This document shows, one piece after another, positions 18,709 to 28,685 of a DNA stretch of 64,000 bases (position 1 is the stretch's first letter; every line of letters begins with the position of its first letter). The DNA lies in contig JAWAEU010000003.1 in NCBI GenBank assembly GCA_038891055.1, positions 26,856 to 90,855 on the forward strand. Direction: 5' to 3'. The translations under genes were made by a program, and so were the position numbers. The notes under the pieces were generated by a model. That model ran no database searches. It saw nothing but the letters and a program-made list of their open reading frames with translations, and was not told the DNA's origin. Source of the DNA: Candidatus Anstonellaceae archaeon. Lineage in GTDB: Archaea > Micrarchaeota > Micrarchaeia > Anstonellales > Anstonellaceae.

Positions 18709-20130
18709 GTGGAAGATTTTCAATTTAGTTCTACAGAGGAAATAAAAATACCCTCTAATTTATTTGATCAAATAATAGGTCAAGATCAAGCAGTTGAAAT
18801 AGCAAAGATAGCTGCACGGCAGAGAAGACACCTTCTTCTCATAGGCCCACCTGGTACTGGAAAATCTCTTATTGCGAAGGCAATAGCAAGTCATCTTCCT
18901 CCGCCAAACGAAGAAATTTCTGTTTTGCACAATCCACAAAATCCAGAAAGACCATTTTTAGAGGTTAGAACAAGAAGCCAAATTATTTTAAATTCCTCAA
19001 CTAAAGTCCAAAATAAATCATATGTAAGATTGGACCAAGTTCCACAATTTGTAACTCAAAAGTTAGGCTATTTATGTAAATCTTGCAAAAATTTTTCTGA
19101 TCCAGATCTAGATATCTGTCCTTTTTGCAAATCAAGAAAATTTAAAAAAGCTTATTCTGGACCATTTGGAGATCTTCTTTCTGCAGAAGGTGCGCCTAAA
19201 AGAGAAGACAGTGTAATTAGTTCAAGAGTTTCAAATAGCAAAGAGGATTTAGTTGTTTTTAGAAGATTTAATAAAGAGTTAATCGAAGTAAGTGAATTAG
19301 AAGATTTTCAAAAAGAAAAAAATCTGGAAAGAAATGTAGTAATCTCATTAAATAGAAAATTATTTGTACAAGCAACAGGTGCATCCAAAACTGAACTTTT
19401 GGGAGATGTAAGACATGACCCCTATGGTGGCCATCCTCAAATAGGAATCCCACCTTATCAAAGAGTAATTCCAGGAGCAATTCATGAAGCACATGAAGGG
19501 GTTTTATTTATAGACGAGTTAGTCTCTCTTGGTAGATTACAGAGATATTTGCTAACAGCAATGCAGGAAAAGAATTTTCCAATAACTGGGAGAAATTCAT
19601 CTTCAACAGGTTCCTCTGTAAGAGTGGATAGGGTGCCCTGTGATTTTATATTGGTTTCAGCTATAAATCTATCTGATTTGCCGAAGATAATGCCACAGCT
19701 TCGCTCTAGAATTTTAGGAGAAGGCTATGAGGTTATTTTAAATACTACTATGGAAAACAACGAAAAAAATAGAAATCTATTTGCTCAATTTGTAGCTCAA
19801 GAAATAAAAAAAGATGGAAAAATACCTCACGCTTCAGCTGAAGCTGTGAAAGAACTTTTAAATATTGCCATACAAAAGGCAAAAAAGTTAGATAAGCAAA
19901 GTGGCATAAGCCTTAGACTAAGAAACATGGTAGGAATTATAAAGACCGCGGGGGATATTGCAAACTTTTTTGGCTCAAAACTAATAGAAAAAGAACATGT
20001 CAGAATAGCATTAGAAAAAAGAAAAATTGCAGAAGAACAACTAAGTCAAAAATATGGTAGCCTCTACAAGGCTTCTCTAGCAGATTGGGAATTTGATCTC
20101 ACTCCAACCTCGCAGCAAGAGATTAAATAA
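18709..20130 (+). CDS. LonB-like AAA+ ATPase lacking the protease domain, with a Cys4 Zn-ribbon insertion
   Basis: 473 aa. IIGQDQAVEIAKIAARQRRHLLLIGPPGTGKS and HDPYGGHPQIGIPPYQRVIPGAIHEAHEGVLFIDEL closely match the archaeal LonB ATPase module. CKSCKN...CPFCK sits between Walker A and B. The protein ends after the alpha-helical lid with no Ser-Lys protease domain. Confidence 0.7.
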   Translation: MEDFQFSSTEEIKIPSNLFDQIIGQDQAVEIAKIAARQRRHLLLIGPPGTGKSLIAKAIASHLPPPNEEISVLHNPQNPERPFLEVRTRSQIILNSSTKVQNKSYVRLDQVPQFVTQKLGYLCKSCKNFSDPDLDICPFCKSRKFKKAYSGPFGDLLSAEGAPKREDSVISSRVSNSKEDLVVFRRFNKELIEVSELEDFQKEKNLERNVVISLNRKLFVQATGASKTELLGDVRHDPYGGHPQIGIPPYQRVIPGAIHEAHEGVLFIDELVSLGRLQRYLLTAMQEKNFPITGRNSSSTGSSVRVDRVPCDFILVSAINLSDLPKIMPQLRSRILGEGYEVILNTTMENNEKNRNLFAQFVAQEIKKDGKIPHASAEAVKELLNIAIQKAKKLDKQSGISLRLRNMVGIIKTAGDIANFFGSKLIEKEHVRIALEKRKIAEEQLSQKYGSLYKASLADWEFDLTPTSQQEIK

Positions 20131-20391
20131 AACACTAAATTTTTAAACAAATTTTTATTATCTTCATAAATTTAAATGAGTTAGTGATTTTATGAAGTTA
20201 AATTTAAAAAAGCTGGCTATTTTTTGATAGTACTAAAAAAATTCTTAGTCTATCTAAGAAATTTACTAAAGAAATCCTTTATTCAAGCTACTATGAGAAA
20301 ATAGTCTTAGAGCAGATCTTTCACAATTTGAAAAAAATCTATATAAAGTTATACTCTCAATATTCTACATTCCAAAAAAATAGTTGGTTTT

Positions 20392-20925
20392 ATGGAATTT
20401 TTAGATAAAACCAAAATTTCCACTCAAAATATCTCTAAATTACCTATAAATGAATTAATAAAAGTGATTTTAGACAATGTTCCAAAAATTTTGGAGCTTT
20501 TAGCAAAGCAAGATCTCAATTCGCCTTTAGTTTATGATTTTAATAAAAATAGTTTTCCATCTTCTAATAATTTAGAAGAATTGAATTCACTTATTTTTTA
20601 TATTTACAAGCTTCTAGCTATAAATGAAATTAACCTCAATAAATTAATTATTGGTCCTCAAGAGATAAAAATTGATTCAACTGTTTCATTATCTAAATTT
20701 TTTTCTCATTATCTTTTTAATTCCAACTATATCAATCAATCCATCAATAAATTTATTGAAATTCTCAACAATTATGACTATACTCTTAACTCTCACAAGT
20801 TTAGTCTAATTGGCAGTGTTAATATAATTATCAAAAAAGCTCAAAAAAAAGCTCAAAAGACGGAAAATATAAAACAAAAAAATAATTTAGAATTAGATAA
20901 TTTAATTCCAACTAAAACCAAGTGA
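20392..20925 (+). CDS. hypothetical protein (N/K/L-rich)
   Basis: 177-aa ORF with no recognisable motifs. Confidence 0.35.
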   Translation: MEFLDKTKISTQNISKLPINELIKVILDNVPKILELLAKQDLNSPLVYDFNKNSFPSSNNLEELNSLIFYIYKLLAINEINLNKLIIGPQEIKIDSTVSLSKFFSHYLFNSNYINQSINKFIEILNNYDYTLNSHKFSLIGSVNIIIKKAQKKAQKTENIKQKNNLELDNLIPTKTK

Positions 20926-20959
20926 ATTAATTTATAAATTTTAATTAATTAATTTTATT

Positions 20960-23122
20960 ATGAACTATATTAAAATTTCTTTATTTGTATTTTTTGCATT
21001 TTTGTTATTTTTGGTAGGCTGCACTTTTTTGGAAGAAAAAAAGCCTCAAGAGAATTTAATTAATATTCTCCCAACTTTAGACAAAAAATCAGAGAATCAA
21101 AATATTTCTCTAAATCTTAGTTTGGAAGAAAATAAAGACCTCCTCCCAACTTTAAAAAAATTTTCTTCTTATAAACATATGCAATATTGGCTAGATCAAA
21201 ATTCCTATAATGCAGCCCAAGAGCAAAATCTAAGAGTTGATGTAATGTTAAAGCCTCTTGGGCTCAAATCACCATCCAATTTTGCTCAAAGGACCGAGGA
21301 TTATTCAAAGACCAATATTCAAGTAGAAGGAATAGATGAACCAGATATTATTAAGACAACCAAAAATAATCTGTTTGTTGTAAAAGAAAACAAAATTTTT
21401 ATCTTCGAAATTTTTCCAAAACCAAAAAAAATTTTTGAAAAAAAATTGGAATTAAATCAAATTCATTCAATTTTTGTCGAAGATGACTATTTAGTTTTAT
21501 TTTCTACTGATTATAAAAAAACTTATAAGATAGATGAATTTGACTTTAAACCTTATGAAAGTTATGAACCATACACTGTTGTACAAATTTATAATATCTC
21601 GGATAAATCCAATCCAATTCTTTTTCAAGAATTTAGATTTTCTGGATATTTCACACAAGCTAGATTGAAAGACAAAAAAATTTATCTAATCTCATCACAG
21701 GATATTTCAAAGCCTTATCCAAGGCCATGGTATTATTCTAAAGATTTATTTTATGTAGATGTCTATTATTTTGATATGTCTTCAAGTTCTAATTATAAAA
21801 TATCTCAAATTAGTGTTATTTCTTTAGATGGTAAAATATTAGACTCCAAAGCATTTTTATTGAATGCAGGAGGAGACACTGTTTATATGTCTGATAAAAA
21901 TCTCTACATTGCAGTTCAGATATTTCCTCCAATAATATGCAGATCGTGGTGGTGTACAAACACAGCAAAGCAAATAAATAAAACAGAAAGATTTGAAAAG
22001 GCAATCTTGCCCTATCTACCAGTGCAAATACGGCAAGAAATTGGGGACATATTAAAAAAGAATATAACAGATGAAGAAAAATGGATGGAAATTGAGCCAA
22101 TTTTGTTAAATTATCTAAAAAAGTTTGAAGATGAAACTAAAGTTTCAAAATCCCAATTGGAAGAATTCAAATTAACTTTAGAAAAAATCTCTATGGCGCT
22201 AGCAGAATATGATGCTCTTGTTGCAATAAAAAATCAAAAAACAGCTATATTTAAATTTTCATTTTTAAACGATACTCTAAAACTTCTCTCATCTAATTAT
22301 GTGAATGGTTATTTACTAAATCAATGGGCGTTGGATGAACAAGACGAAAACCTTCGTGTTGCAACTACTATTGATGTCTGGGCAGCAAAAAGAGTTACTT
22401 ATAACTCGATCTATATTTTAGATAAAGATTTAAATTTGATCTCTAAATTAGATGAACTTGCTCCAGAAGAAAAGATTTATTCTGTGAGATTTATGGACCA
22501 AAAAGTTTATCTAGTAACTTATAAGGAAGTTGATCCACTTTTCGTAATAGACCTCTCAGATGCACTCCATCCAAAAGTTTTAGGATATCTAAAAATACCT
22601 GGTTATTTTACCTATCTTCATCCCTATAATGAAACTTTACTAATAGGAATAGGTCAAACTACCTCCACCTCTTTATATGGTTTTGAAGTTAGGGGTGGAA
22701 TTAAAGTTGGCCTAATAGACGTTTCAAATCCACAAAAACCAAAACTTCTTACCGAATTTGCTGAAGGCGATGAAGGTACAACTTCATCAGTTTTGTCTGA
22801 CCACAAAGCATTTGTATTTGACAAAAACAAAAAGATTTTATACCTCCCTCTCAAATTAGTTAAAAAGCAGAAGTCCTTGTTCTATGATAAGATAGATAAC
22901 TTTTATGGAGTATATGTTTTAAATCTCTCTGATCAGGATATAACTCCAATAGGAAAAATAGAGCATTATTCATCTTCAGATTTATTTGAATACAAAGAAG
23001 ATTATTTTGTGAAACGAGTAGCATATTTCGGAGATATTCTCGCTTCTATTTCTGATCGCTTGGTTATATTCTCTGATGGAGCTAAAAATTTTGAGACAGT
23101 GGAGAGGTTTCAGCTTAATTAG
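20960..23122 (+). CDS. secreted lipoprotein with beta-propeller domain
   Basis: 720 aa. Signal peptide plus lipobox-like LFLVGC, then a repetitive beta-strand-rich C-terminal half consistent with a secreted beta-propeller domain. Confidence 0.5.
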   Translation: MNYIKISLFVFFAFLLFLVGCTFLEEKKPQENLINILPTLDKKSENQNISLNLSLEENKDLLPTLKKFSSYKHMQYWLDQNSYNAAQEQNLRVDVMLKPLGLKSPSNFAQRTEDYSKTNIQVEGIDEPDIIKTTKNNLFVVKENKIFIFEIFPKPKKIFEKKLELNQIHSIFVEDDYLVLFSTDYKKTYKIDEFDFKPYESYEPYTVVQIYNISDKSNPILFQEFRFSGYFTQARLKDKKIYLISSQDISKPYPRPWYYSKDLFYVDVYYFDMSSSSNYKISQISVISLDGKILDSKAFLLNAGGDTVYMSDKNLYIAVQIFPPIICRSWWCTNTAKQINKTERFEKAILPYLPVQIRQEIGDILKKNITDEEKWMEIEPILLNYLKKFEDETKVSKSQLEEFKLTLEKISMALAEYDALVAIKNQKTAIFKFSFLNDTLKLLSSNYVNGYLLNQWALDEQDENLRVATTIDVWAAKRVTYNSIYILDKDLNLISKLDELAPEEKIYSVRFMDQKVYLVTYKEVDPLFVIDLSDALHPKVLGYLKIPGYFTYLHPYNETLLIGIGQTTSTSLYGFEVRGGIKVGLIDVSNPQKPKLLTEFAEGDEGTTSSVLSDHKAFVFDKNKKILYLPLKLVKKQKSLFYDKIDNFYGVYVLNLSDQDITPIGKIEHYSSSDLFEYKEDYFVKRVAYFGDILASISDRLVIFSDGAKNFETVERFQLN

Positions 23123-23124
23123 AT

Positions 23125-24789
23125 TTATTTATTTTTGGATTCTTTTTTTAAATATTTAAATGTTATTCCATATCCAATTATAAATATAATTACAACTAAA
23201 ATTAATTTTACAATAAATAAATTATCCTTTACTTCAAAGTTTATTTTTATTCCCTCATAACCTAATCTTTTTATGTCTATAGTATAAACCCCTGGTTCTG
23301 TAGGTGCTCTTAATTTTATCGGAGAGCCATATTCGTTTTTTTTGCCCAAATATTCTATCGTTATTTTATCTAAGTTTTTGGCATATTTGTCCTGCACATT
23401 AAGTTCAAATTCTTGGCCTGGATTTAATATTTGCCCTTCAGTTATATATGCATATATTTTTGCACTTTGTTTTAAGGAATTAAAAATAACTTCTAACTTG
23501 TATTTTAAATTATTTTTTTCGACCTGTCCATTTTCATCAGTAGCTATACAGTCTATCTTTATAGGTCCATTGCTTTTTCCTTCTAAACTTATTTCTGTTG
23601 AAAATTTTCCATCAATTTCTGGAGCAAAAGGAGGTAATCTCTCTCCATCTAAAATAATTTGAACATTTTTTATCTTATTGGTCGAGAAAGCAATTCCCTC
23701 TATTGTTGTTTGAACCCCTACTTCCTCTCCATCCATAGGAGATAATATGGAGCATGAAGGGGTTAAAGTTAAACTATATATTTTAGATGTTTTAGTTGGA
23801 ACTATTATTGTATTTTTAAAAAGTAGTGGATAGGTGGGCTGTGTTTTAACATAATGATTAAATACTATCTCTCCATTTTCAGTGTTAAGCCCAATTACTA
23901 AATTATTTGCTGTGGAAAAAAAAGCGTATTTATCTAGTAGCTGTCCTCTCAAAATAATTGGTTGACTTAAAACTTTTTTATAAATCTCTTTTCCTTCTTT
24001 AGCATCTAGTGCTATTATCTCTCCTTTTGGTGTCCCAAAAATCACCTTATTTTTGACTACCAATGGTTCTGACATAATAAATCCATCAGTCATATAATAC
24101 CAAAGTAGGGAGCCTGTAGTTGCTTGAAATGCAAAAAGTGTTGAAGAGGTTGCAGAAGCAAAAAAAACTATGTCATTTTCTTTGTCATACACTGGCAGAG
24201 TTTTATATGCCTCTCCAACTTTTGCAAACCAAATTAGTTTTCCAAATAAATTATAGCAATAAAGTTCCTCCTTATCCAAAACCAAAACCTTTTCTTCCAC
24301 AACATTTACGGCTTTTCCATCTTCTAGGTTTTTAGAAAATATCTCTGAGCCTTTTTCAGGACTTAAGCCAATCATTTTTTTGTCATATATCGCTACTACT
24401 ATTTTTTCATTTCCATTGAGGTATTTTAGTTTAGCTGAACTATTTGGGTCTTTTTTATTTAGAGAATAGGTCCAGGAAATTTTTTTATTTGGAATAGAAT
24501 ATGAGATTATTTCACCATCCAATGTACCAAATATTATATTTTGATTAGATAATATTGCAGGTGTGGCTAATTTTTTATATGCATTGTAAATTATTTTAGT
24601 CTCTCCACTAATAGTAGATAATTCATAAATTACTCCATTCTCTGTCAAATAGTAAACATTTCTTGAATCATTTAAAAGCCAATAATTTATTTTAGATTGT
24701 GCTAAATGTTGATCTTCCCAGCTATATCCTCCATAAAATATTCCTAAAATAAAAAAAAATAAAAGAATTAGTTGATTTTTTTTCTTCAT
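23125..24789 (-). CDS. membrane-anchored PQQ/BamB-like beta-propeller repeat protein
   Basis: 554 aa. N-terminal signal/TM, repeated ~40-aa beta-propeller blades with G..Y/W patterns, and a C-terminal TM helix. Confidence 0.5.
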   Translation of the reverse strand: MKKKNQLILLFFFILGIFYGGYSWEDQHLAQSKINYWLLNDSRNVYYLTENGVIYELSTISGETKIIYNAYKKLATPAILSNQNIIFGTLDGEIISYSIPNKKISWTYSLNKKDPNSSAKLKYLNGNEKIVVAIYDKKMIGLSPEKGSEIFSKNLEDGKAVNVVEEKVLVLDKEELYCYNLFGKLIWFAKVGEAYKTLPVYDKENDIVFFASATSSTLFAFQATTGSLLWYYMTDGFIMSEPLVVKNKVIFGTPKGEIIALDAKEGKEIYKKVLSQPIILRGQLLDKYAFFSTANNLVIGLNTENGEIVFNHYVKTQPTYPLLFKNTIIVPTKTSKIYSLTLTPSCSILSPMDGEEVGVQTTIEGIAFSTNKIKNVQIILDGERLPPFAPEIDGKFSTEISLEGKSNGPIKIDCIATDENGQVEKNNLKYKLEVIFNSLKQSAKIYAYITEGQILNPGQEFELNVQDKYAKNLDKITIEYLGKKNEYGSPIKLRAPTEPGVYTIDIKRLGYEGIKINFEVKDNLFIVKLILVVIIFIIGYGITFKYLKKESKNK

Positions 24790-25281
24790 TTAAGTTGCAC
24801 CAATAACTGAATCGTATTCGCCTTTTTTAATCTTTTTTATTATTTCTCTGGGATCTAAATTTTCCACTGTTACCCCCATGCTTAAGCATGTTCCTATTAC
24901 CTCTATCACAGTCCCTTTAAGTGTTTTGGATAGTGAAGAAGTTTGCTTTTTTTTAGCAATTTTTATTACTTGTTCCATAGTCAGATTTCCAACGATTTTT
25001 GGATCTTGCTCTCCTCCCTTTGCACCTTTTTCAATTTTTAATTCTTTTTTTATAAGTTCACTGGTAGCAGGAGAGCCTATTTCAAAACGCCATTTTTTTG
25101 TTTGTTTATCAACTATCACTTTAACAGGCACTTTTGTCCCTTCGAAGATAGCTGTTTGTTTATTTAGATCTCCAATCAGCTGTACTATATTTACACCTAA
25201 AGGGGCTAAGGCAGGTGCAAGAGGAGGACCAGGAGTAGCTTTTCCACCTTCAATTATCACTGAAATTATAGTTTCTCCCAT
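24790..25281 (-). CDS. rpl11: ribosomal protein uL11
   Basis: 163 aa. N-terminal GGKATPGPPLAPALAPLGVNI is the L11 signature. Confidence 0.8.
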   Translation of the reverse strand: MGETIISVIIEGGKATPGPPLAPALAPLGVNIVQLIGDLNKQTAIFEGTKVPVKVIVDKQTKKWRFEIGSPATSELIKKELKIEKGAKGGEQDPKIVGNLTMEQVIKIAKKKQTSSLSKTLKGTVIEVIGTCLSMGVTVENLDPREIIKKIKKGEYDSVIGAT

Positions 25282-25311
25282 TTTAATCTCACCTCAGAAA
25301 TAATTCTCAAA

Positions 25312-25788
25312 TTATTTTTTGTTTTTTAATCTTTTTAAAATCTCTAGTTTTATTTTTTGAGCATTTTCATAGTTAAGCCCATCAATATGTGCATTTAGGC
25401 TAGATTGGCCAGATGCTGTAGCTACATGTAAATCATAAAGTCCAAACAGCTGGTCTAGAGGGTCCTGATCAATGTATACATCCTGAATTCTATAGTAAGG
25501 TATAGTTGTCTCGCTATAGGTTATCACTCCTTCTTTTATTATTAAATATTCTTTATCTAAATTATAATAATACCTCTTATAATGAAGATAGTGGTAAAAA
25601 TATATACTCAAAAACAAAGCACCTACGACTATTAATAAAAATGGAAAAAGAGTTTTAAACATAGCAACTAATACAGTCCAAAAAAGTATTACTCCAATTC
25701 CTATAGTGGAAATAACAGAGATTAAAGTAGCTATTGTACCTTTCACAACTTTACTTTTTTCTAATGGAATTTCTTTTATACTTATCAT
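25312..25788 (-). CDS. membrane protein with bacterial-type PH domain (bPH_2/DUF304)
   Basis: 158 aa. Two TM helices, then YYRIQDVYIDQDPLDQLFGLYDLHVATASG. Confidence 0.5.
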   Translation of the reverse strand: MISIKEIPLEKSKVVKGTIATLISVISTIGIGVILFWTVLVAMFKTLFPFLLIVVGALFLSIYFYHYLHYKRYYYNLDKEYLIIKEGVITYSETTIPYYRIQDVYIDQDPLDQLFGLYDLHVATASGQSSLNAHIDGLNYENAQKIKLEILKRLKNKK

Positions 25789-25878
25789 AAAAATAAATTA
25801 TAACTACTATATTTTTATATTTTATTTATTAATTATTTTTTTAGTTGCTTTACTTTTTTAATTAGGGGTAGAGAAAAA

Positions 25879-27126
25879 ATGGAAAATTCATTTGATGTTA
25901 TTGTTGTTGGCGGAGGACCTGCTGGGTCAACCACTGCAGCCTATTTAGCAAAAGAAAACAAGAATGTGTTATTAATTGACAAAGCTTCTTTTCCTCGAGA
26001 TAAGACATGTGGAGATGCACTCTCTGGAAAGAGCATGAAAGTAATTAGAGAACTTGGCTTAATTGAAGAAATAAAAAAACTTCCGCATGCTCCAGTTCAT
26101 GGTGTTTTGTTTTCTTCCCCTGCCGGCCATACTTTAAAAATACCTTTTGTTAAATCCGATGAAAATAGAGAGGATGGCGTAGGTTATTGTATGCGTCGTT
26201 ATTATACCGACCATATGTTTTTAAAAGCTGCTAAAAAATTTGGAGCTAAAGTAAAAGAAAAGTTAATGGCACAAAAACTTATTTTTGAGCAAAATAAAGT
26301 AATTGGAGTTAGGGCATTAGATCTTGAAACAAGACAAGAACAAGAATTTTATGCTAATGTGGTTGTTGGTGCAGATGGAGTAAATTCTATAGTAGCAAGA
26401 GAGGTCTTAGGTCAAGAAGCAAATTTGGATCCAAATCATAGTTGTGATGCAATAAGACAATATTTTTCCTCCATTAGAGGTCTTTCTAATTATATAGAAA
26501 TTCATTTTTTAAGTTCTGTTCAACCAGGATATTTTTGGATTTTTCCACTCGAAAATCAAACTGCAAATGTAGGGCTAGGCTTAATAAGTTCAGAATTACA
26601 AAAGAAAATGAAAACTTCAAAAAAAACTTTAGTCCATCTTTTCCAGGAAGCAATAAGTAATGAGCCCATATTGAAAGATAGATTTATAGATGCAAAACCT
26701 CTTGGTCCAATTACAGGTTGGCGTCTTCCCTTTGGTTCAAAGAAAAGAAAGTTAGCAGGTAATGGTTGGGTTTTAGTTGGAGATGCTGCCTCTTTAGTTG
26801 ACCCATTTTCAGGAGAAGGGGTTGGAAATGCAACTACTTCTGGCAAATTAGCAGCACAAAGCATAGTAGAAGCTATTAATTCAAATGACTTTTCAGAAAA
26901 TTTTTTAAAAAAGTACGAGGAAAGAGTGTGGGCAGAGTTAGGGGCAGAATTAAAAACAAGTTATCAAATGCAGCAAATAGGAAAAATAAAATTTTTGCTC
27001 AATAGGGTTATTTACAAGGCTTCTACTGATCCTCAGATAAAAGAATTAATATCAAACTCTCTTGCTAGTGAAGAAACAAAAAAAGAACTCATAAACCCCC
27101 TATTTTATTTAAGAATACTATTTTAA
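25879..27126 (+). CDS. geranylgeranyl reductase family FAD-dependent oxidoreductase
   Basis: 415 aa with a Rossmann dinucleotide motif VIVVGGGPAGSTTA and GGR-like length/architecture. Confidence 0.8.
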   Translation: MENSFDVIVVGGGPAGSTTAAYLAKENKNVLLIDKASFPRDKTCGDALSGKSMKVIRELGLIEEIKKLPHAPVHGVLFSSPAGHTLKIPFVKSDENREDGVGYCMRRYYTDHMFLKAAKKFGAKVKEKLMAQKLIFEQNKVIGVRALDLETRQEQEFYANVVVGADGVNSIVAREVLGQEANLDPNHSCDAIRQYFSSIRGLSNYIEIHFLSSVQPGYFWIFPLENQTANVGLGLISSELQKKMKTSKKTLVHLFQEAISNEPILKDRFIDAKPLGPITGWRLPFGSKKRKLAGNGWVLVGDAASLVDPFSGEGVGNATTSGKLAAQSIVEAINSNDFSENFLKKYEERVWAELGAELKTSYQMQQIGKIKFLLNRVIYKASTDPQIKELISNSLASEETKKELINPLFYLRILF

Positions 27127-27128
27127 TT

Positions 27129-27665
27129 CTATTTTTCTACCAGAAATTTTTTTATCAATATTTCTAGATCTTCTTTGACATCTTGGTTGATGGTATTTGA
27201 TCCACTATAGAAATTTTCATAAAAATAATAAAGCATTTTTGCAAGCGATGGCTGATCTAACTCTTTTAATTTTTCATAAATTTTTTTTGCCATCTGTTCG
27301 TTTTTTTGAATTATATAACAAATAAACAGCCCAAAATTCGCCTCAAAATCATTTTCATCTATTTCTAAAGCATAATCAAATGCTTGTTTTGCTTCATTAT
27401 ATTGTCTTGTAGCTATTAATAGGTAGCCGCCTAAAATCCAAATTTCTTTTTTTTTGGGATCTATTTCGGCAGCTTTTGCTATTGCTGCTAACCCTTCATC
27501 ATATTGTTCGGCATTATATTTTGAAAGTGCTAAACTATACCACCCTATAGCTCCTTGTTCTAATTTAATTATATCTTCAGAAGTTTGGAGTGCTAATTGA
27601 GGCATATTTTTTTTAATATATTGACTTATTTTTACTAAAAGATTATCTACAATCTCACTCGTCAT
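27129..27665 (-). CDS. TPR-repeat protein
   Basis: 178 aa with tetratricopeptide-like W/LG/Y/A/F/A/P spacing. Confidence 0.55.
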   Translation of the reverse strand: MTSEIVDNLLVKISQYIKKNMPQLALQTSEDIIKLEQGAIGWYSLALSKYNAEQYDEGLAAIAKAAEIDPKKKEIWILGGYLLIATRQYNEAKQAFDYALEIDENDFEANFGLFICYIIQKNEQMAKKIYEKLKELDQPSLAKMLYYFYENFYSGSNTINQDVKEDLEILIKKFLVEK

Positions 27666-27939
27666 ATTTTATGTTTAATCAAAAATATTAAAAAATAATT
27701 GCTCATTTATCTTTATATGCAAAAGATAGGACAAACTCAATCTAGTGGTTCACTAAAAACTTCTAAAAGCGCAAAAGAAAATTTTGAGCAATTTAAAAAA
27801 GGGCTGTTGAATATTGATTCTTGGTCATTATTACCTTCATCTTTTTCTTCTGGTATTATACCAAAATTTAGCGAATTTGCAAATTCAGCTCACGCCTCCA
27901 TCTTATTAAAAATTTTAAAGTCCCACTAAAAATTATTTT

Positions 27940-28671
27940 TTAGGCTTTCACAAATTCAAATCTATTTTCAGAAACTTGCACTTCTATTTTAGTGTTATTT
28001 TTTAATTCAATTTCAATTTGACCATCTATTAGTGCATCCGTTTTACAAGTAGTCTTAACATACAAAAAACACTTTACATCTTTTTTCAAAATTAGTGGTT
28101 TAAATTTTCTTCTATATGGAGCTATTGCAACTACCTCGTATCTCTCTTCAGTTGGTTTTAATTCTTTGCCTCCGCAGGAATATGCATATGCAGTTGATCC
28201 AGTAGGTGTAGAAAAGATTACCCCATCAGCATAAAATTTATATTTTCTTTTTTTTATCTTCAGCTCAAATTCTACTATGCGATGCTCTTTATTTCTTATG
28301 GCTAATTCATTTAGACAATCCAAAATTCTCTTACCATTAATTTCCGCTCTTATCATTATTCTTTTTTCTATCCTAAATCCATCTCTTATAATTTTCTTGA
28401 GATATTTTTTATAGTTAATATTAGTGGCTTGTACTAGCCAACTTTTTTTTGTACCTATTGCAAAATAAGGTTTTAGATATTTGTTTTTATAATATAGCAA
28501 GGTGCCATCTCCCCCCACAGTAATTAAAATCTGAGCTTTTGAGGGTGATAATATTTTTACTTTATTTTTTAATAGATAACTTGTTAGTTGTTGTTTTAGT
28601 TTTTTTGTCCAATTCTTTTCTTTGTTTATTAAAATCCCTACAGATTCTAATTTTACTTTTTTATTTTTCAT
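27940..28671 (-). CDS. nadK: NAD kinase
   Basis: 243 aa with the GGDGTLL motif and NELAIR. Confidence 0.75.
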   Translation of the reverse strand: MKNKKVKLESVGILINKEKNWTKKLKQQLTSYLLKNKVKILSPSKAQILITVGGDGTLLYYKNKYLKPYFAIGTKKSWLVQATNINYKKYLKKIIRDGFRIEKRIMIRAEINGKRILDCLNELAIRNKEHRIVEFELKIKKRKYKFYADGVIFSTPTGSTAYAYSCGGKELKPTEERYEVVAIAPYRRKFKPLILKKDVKCFLYVKTTCKTDALIDGQIEIELKNNTKIEVQVSENRFEFVKA

Positions 28672-28685
28672 TCTCTTACATCTCC

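Noticed and set aside
27699-27929. 76-aa ORF in the 274-nt gap between the TPR gene and nadK
   Set aside because: Low-complexity Ser/Lys-rich translation and no ribosome-binding site. Left uncalled; the gap may instead hold promoters for the two divergent genes.
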